Source of the DNA: Octopus bimaculoides | Lineage: Eukaryota | Reading direction: 5' to 3' | DNA: 64,000 bases | Assembly (NCBI RefSeq): GCF_001194135.2 | Contig: NC_068989.1 | Location: forward strand, 6,935,580-6,999,579 | Shown: in pieces, positions 62,101-64,000 of the stretch | How the letters are laid out: each line of letters opens with the position of its first letter | Position numbering within the stretch: position 1 is the first letter of the stretch | Made by a program: the position numbers and the translations under genes | The notes under the pieces: generated by a model | What the model was told of the DNA's origin: nothing | The model's input: only the letters and a program-made list of their open reading frames with translations | Databases searched by the model: none

Positions 62101-63700
62101 AATGATGATGATGATGACGACGATGATGATGACGATGATGACGATGACGATAATGATGACGATGATGATGGTGATGATGATGATGATGATGATGAAGATG
62201 ACGATGATGATGATGATGACGATGACGATGATGATGATGACGATGACGATGGTGGTGGTGATGGTGNNNNNNNNNNNNNNNNNNNNNNNNNNNNNNNNNN
62301 NNNNNNNNNNNNNNNNNNNNNNNNNNNNNNNNNNNNNNNNNNNNNNNNNNNNNNNNNNNNNNNNNNNNNNNNNNNNNNNNNNNNNNNNNNNNNNNNNNNN
62401 NNNNNNNNNNNNNNNNNNNNNNNNNNNNNNNNNNNNNNNNNNNNNNNNNNNNNNNNNNNNNNNNNNNNNNNNNNNNNNNNNNNNNNNNNNNNNNNNNNNN
62501 NNNNNNNNNNNNNNNNNNNNNNNNNNNNNNNNNNNNNNNNNNNNNNNNNNNNNNNNNNNNNNNNNNNNNNNNNNNNNNNNNNNNNNNNNNNNNNNNNNNN
62601 NNNNNNNNNNNNNNNNNNNNNNNNNNNNNNNNNNNNNNNNNNNNNNNNNNNNNNNNNNNNNNNNNNNNNNNNNNNNNNNNNNNNNNNNNNNNNNNNNNNN
62701 NNNNNNNNNNNNNNNNNNNNNNNNNNNNNNNNNNNNNNNNNNNNNNNNNNNNNNNNNNNNNNNNNNNNNNNNNNNNNNNNNNNNNNNNNNNNNNNNNNNN
62801 NNNNNNNNNNNNNNNNNNNNNNNNNNNNNNNNNNNNNNNNNNNNNNNNNNNNNNNNNNNNNNNNNNNNNNNNNNNNNNNNNNNNNNNNNNNNNNNNNNNN
62901 NNNNNNNNNNNNNNNNNNNNCACCACCACTATCACTATACCCCAACTCCACCACCACCACCGCCATCACCACCACTACCACTACCACCATCACCACACCC
63001 CAACTCTACCACCCCTACCACTATCATCACCGCCGCCCCACCATCAAGTCACTACCGTTACCACCACTTCCACCACCATTACAAACACCACCGCCACATC
63101 CGTCACCATACATACACTCACTGCTATAACCACCTCCACCATCGCCCCTACGACTACAAACACCACCACCATCATTACAAGCACATGCACAGCCAGAGAC
63201 AGCACCCCCGCCAACCACGACCACCACCACAACTGTTGATACTCTATATGTATTAAACAAAATATATAAAATGACTGGATGGTCACCGATGGATTGGTTT
63301 TGACAATGGGTGTGATGAAACAAACAAGAACATGAACAGCAACCACCTGTATGTACCATTGCCACTACCATTGTTGTCATCAACCCCCACCACCAACACC
63401 ACCACCATCATCATCAGTAACACCACCGCCACCATCAATACAATGATCAGCTACATCACTAAGAAAACCAGCGCTCCCACCGTTACCTCCACCACTACAA
63501 GGAGCACCACCGCTAACGCCAAGTCCACCGCCACCATCACAATGAGCATTAATACCATTACGACCATCGTCAGCACCAGAATTGATACCAATGCCATCAC
63601 CATCCTTACCAAACACTACAACCATTGCTCCATCATCAGAGGATCGCTACCGCCATGACCACCACAACTATCGCTGGAGCCACTGCTTCTCCAGATACAC
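62050..63700. repeat. Degenerate trinucleotide arrays (GAT/GAC/GGT, gap, CAC/CAT/ACC)
   Basis: Direct reading. These arrays produce the poly-M, -H, -S and -T ORFs in the track. Confidence 0.9.
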
Positions 63701-63834
63701 ATCAAGCGCTTAGTGCCAAATCGCCATCATCTACCAACCACCTACAGCACTGCTAGAAACAAAAGTCAAATACTTCTCTCAAACTAAATGTCTTAGAAAT
63801 GGGAAGGGCAAATTATGTAATGCAATCCATGCAA

Positions 63835-64000
63835 TTGGCCCTCCGTCGGTTTCGACGACGAGTGCTCCAGGTGACGCGATCAACGGAACATCTGCTTGTG
63901 AATCTAACGTGCAAGTGGCTGAACACTCCGCAGACACGCGTACCCCCTTAACGTAGTTCTTAGAGTGACTCAGCGTGATACAGAATGTAACAATTTTGGC
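63835..64000 (-). mobile_element. SINE family D 3' part (runs off the window)
   Basis: Reverse complement matches 43255-43410. Confidence 0.85.

Noticed and set aside
63332-63658. Thr-rich mucin-like ORF
   Set aside because: Product of a degenerate CAC/ACC array. Other frames give equally low-complexity ORFs.

Overview
AT-rich animal genomic DNA from a short-read assembly, with 17 N-gaps (about 7.2 kb in total) that are almost all bordered by microsatellites. The repeat families match those I recall from octopus, probably Octopus bimaculoides; this is inference, not checked. I found no recognisable protein-coding gene, and almost all ORFs in the supplied track are simple-repeat or N artefacts. 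The window looks intergenic or intronic. It contains dozens of tRNA-derived SINE copies from at least four families (my labels A-D), decayed LINEs (CR1, two RTE, R4/Dong-like), a fold-back pair of mariner 5' ends, a 3' tRNA-Glu fragment and many SSRs. Best leads: (1) a family of minimal type-I hammerhead-ribozyme motifs of the Penelope-like type (444-525 and 48623-48668, minus strand, plus degenerate relatives); (2) an R4/Dong-like LINE whose two 3' ends both sit in (CATA)n arrays, suggesting microsatellite targeting; (3) a CR1 LINE 3' end shared with the SINE A tail; (4) a dimeric SINE that moved as one unit with 15-18 bp target-site duplications; (5) several inverted-repeat structures. A local contig-order assembly error is evident at 17301-18543.
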